Below are positions 61,720-64,000 of a stretch of DNA of 64,000 nt, piece by piece. This DNA comes from Felis catus (taxonomy: Eukaryota). The notes beneath the pieces were generated by a model. That model made no database searches. It had not been told where the DNA came from and saw nothing but the letters and a program-made list of their open reading frames with translations. The stretch is from contig NC_058368.1 of assembly GCF_018350175.1 (NCBI RefSeq), forward strand, positions 71,922,001-71,986,000, in the 5' to 3' direction. The translations under genes were made by a program, and so were the position numbers. Numbering within the stretch: position 1 is the stretch's first letter; each line of letters starts with the position of its first letter.

Positions 61720-62400
61720 TGTTTCTCATCCTGGAGAAGTCCAAGCTGTGGAAGTGGGATGGACATGAAGCTAGGATGAGCACCCGGAGTTCATGTCCTA
61801 ACCAAACAGTGTCTCCTGAAGTCCAGAGTTGTAGTCCTACAGACTTGTCGACATCTCCTCCTGGGGGACATCTTTCACTCAACTTGTCTAGACTGACCTC
61901 CTGTCTCTCCTCTCCAGACCCGTCTCCTTAGTATCATTTCCCTCAGTGCTTGGCAATCCCATGCTTCCAGTTACTTAATGCTACCCCTGATTCCTCTCTT
62001 TCTCTTTCTCTCACACCACATACACAACCCCTCTTTTACACCACACATTTGACCCCTCAGCATATTCTGTTGGCTTTGTCTCCACAATACATCCAGATTC
62101 TGTTCCTTGTCACCATCTCTGCTGCCAACACCTTGGTCCAGGCCATCCTCATCTCAAGCCTGGATTACCACAATAACCTTCTGCTGGCTTTCCTATTCCA
62201 TCCTTGTCCTGGATAGGTTATTATCAATCTAGCAGCTTTATTAAAACCCAAAGCAGATTATTCTCCTCCTCTTTTGAAGCTGTCTACTGGCTCCTCATCT
62301 TCCTTACAGTAAAAGCCATAGTGCTTCTCATGATCTACAAGGCTCCACAGTCTCACCTTTGTTCCCCTCTGGTCTCTGTGACTGCCACCTCACTCTGCTC
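61720..62400 (+). mobile_element. L2 fragment
   Basis: ccctgattcctctcttt...ctgttggcttt...caccttggtccaggccatcctcatctc...ctggattacc...atctacaaggct. Confidence 0.75.
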
Positions 62401-63180
62401 CAGCCCAAGATGATTTCTTACTCTTTCTCTCAGCCATAAACCCAGTGTTGGTCTGAGTCTGGATTCATTGCTGATGTTCCATCAAGTGCCCTCAACTAGT
62501 GTCTTTTGAATCTGTTCCAAAAATCATCTCAACACCTTCTGGAGAAAATGTAAGTCATCCATCCAATTTATCAGTGAGATAAATCAACTGTACTTCCAAA
62601 ATATGTGTTAATGGGTTATTTTTTCATCATCTTCACTGCCTACCAACCCTCAGCCCCCCACCAGTTTATTTATTTCTGGACTAGTGCTTTCCAGCTCTGT
62701 CTTTTCTCTCTGACTGGACTCACGTCCTAGAGATATTTATACTGCTGATTCCCTCACCTCCTTTCAAGTATTTACTCAAATGTGTTCTTCTCAAGGAAGC
62801 CTATCTTGACTACTCTATTTAAAATTATAACCAGTACATTTTTCTATTAGAATATAAACTCCATGGAAGTGGGCATCATTTCTTTTGTTTTTAAATTGAT
62901 GTATCCTAGGAGTGCAGAACAGTGTCTGACAATAGTAAGCACTCATTGCATATTAGTTTAATGAATGATTAAGCTAGAAAGTCCTAGTTTTATATCTGGA
63001 TTTGATATTGTGGGACATTGGGCAAGACACTTCAATCTCCTGAAATCTGGATTTTTCACTTATGGAGAAACTATGGTATGCAACTCCTACTTCATGATTT
63101 CATGGTGATGCTCAGATTTTCACAAAAACATTTAAAAATACAGTCATCACTGTGCAGTTGTGATGTGGCTAAAGATGCAG

Positions 63181-63240
63181 AGGTCATGGATGGCACATTG
63201 AGTTCATGGATGGCACGGTGAGGTTATGGATGGCATGTGG
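63181..63240. repeat. 3 x 20-bp minisatellite
   Basis: aggtcatggatggcacattg / agttcatggatggcacggtg / aggttatggatggcatgtgg. Confidence 0.9.
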
Positions 63241-64000
63241 GCTTATGCCCAGCCCAAGAGCTGCCCTGGCTGTTGGCCCACATGGTTCATACTGATCCTT
63301 GCAATCTTGAAAGTCACATCCCAAGTTATCACGTGCTTTGTGACCAAATCTTGTGTGAATAATTGTGCTCTGGATTTCAAAAATACTGTTTCCTGGGGTT
63401 TACAATTTTTTAATTTTAAGTAAGTTCTTTATTAAACATACTTGTGTCAGAAACATTTGTCGTTTTCTGAAACTGATGATTTGTAATTAGAGCAGGTTCA
63501 CTGGTGCCTAGAATTTTAAGAATCTTGGTTTAGAGAGTTCTTGATCATTTTTAATGAGTTTCCTAACTTTGGGCATTGTGTTACATGCCTTTATTCATCC
63601 TAAGATTTGTTAGCAGCTTAAAAATAAAATTTTTAATTTTTACTGACAAAAGTAGTAGAGATTCAGCCATAAATCTAAGGGTTTTCTAGAAAGGAGAGAT
63701 GATTTTGCTCATTCATCTTGGGGACTCCTAGAATTGTTTAGGGATATGTTGTAGGGTGGCTGGAATTTCTGTAATTATTGGTAGAGATGGAGGCAAAATA
63801 TTTTGTTCATATTGCCTCTCTAATTTTGTTCAGAATGTTGTACTTGGGAAACACATAGTATAACACAAACAACAGCATTAAAAGACACCAACATGAAGAT
63901 AGTCAACAATTAAGTGTTTTATGACTAAGGAGACCATATCATTTCATAGGTGAATGACAACTTACCGTATAGCTGTTTATAGAATAACTAAGTATTATTT

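Noticed and set aside
3044..63240. Short direct-repeat clusters as CRISPR-like arrays
   Set aside because: Only 2-3 units, no unique spacers of constant length, no cas genes, mammalian context

Overview
Mammalian genomic DNA, almost certainly a felid. It carries 18 tRNA-derived CAN-SINEs of the cat SINEC_Fc type and several young carnivore/cat-type L1 3' ends. I found no recognisable host protein-coding exon; the window reads as intronic or intergenic. It is a mosaic of SINEs, L1, L2, MIR, MaLR/ERVL/ERV1 LTRs, hAT-Charlie DNA transposon remnants and microsatellites. The only protein-like ORFs are broken L1 ORF2 pieces (15.6-17.8 kb, 43.4-43.6 kb, 57.8-58.1 kb). Highlights: (1) a TSD-flanked retrocopy of the H/ACA snoRNA SNORA72 at 49347-49659 with a ~180-nt 3' extension that looks like the rest of the host intron; (2) an APOA4-like degenerate coding fragment inside an LTR50-like element at ~45840-45960; (3) a probable two-LTR MaLR with internal region, later hit by an L1 and a SINE (42338-44891); (4) an L1 with a short 3' transduction-like tag (32054-32468); (5) an L2 > L1 > SINE nest; (6) a 15:3 minus-strand bias of SINEs; (7) small duplications with inverted templated inserts and one duplicated splice-donor-like motif. 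Family names are from recall of consensus sequences, not searches, so old-repeat subfamilies and boundaries are approximate. I see no evidence for a wholly new biological system.
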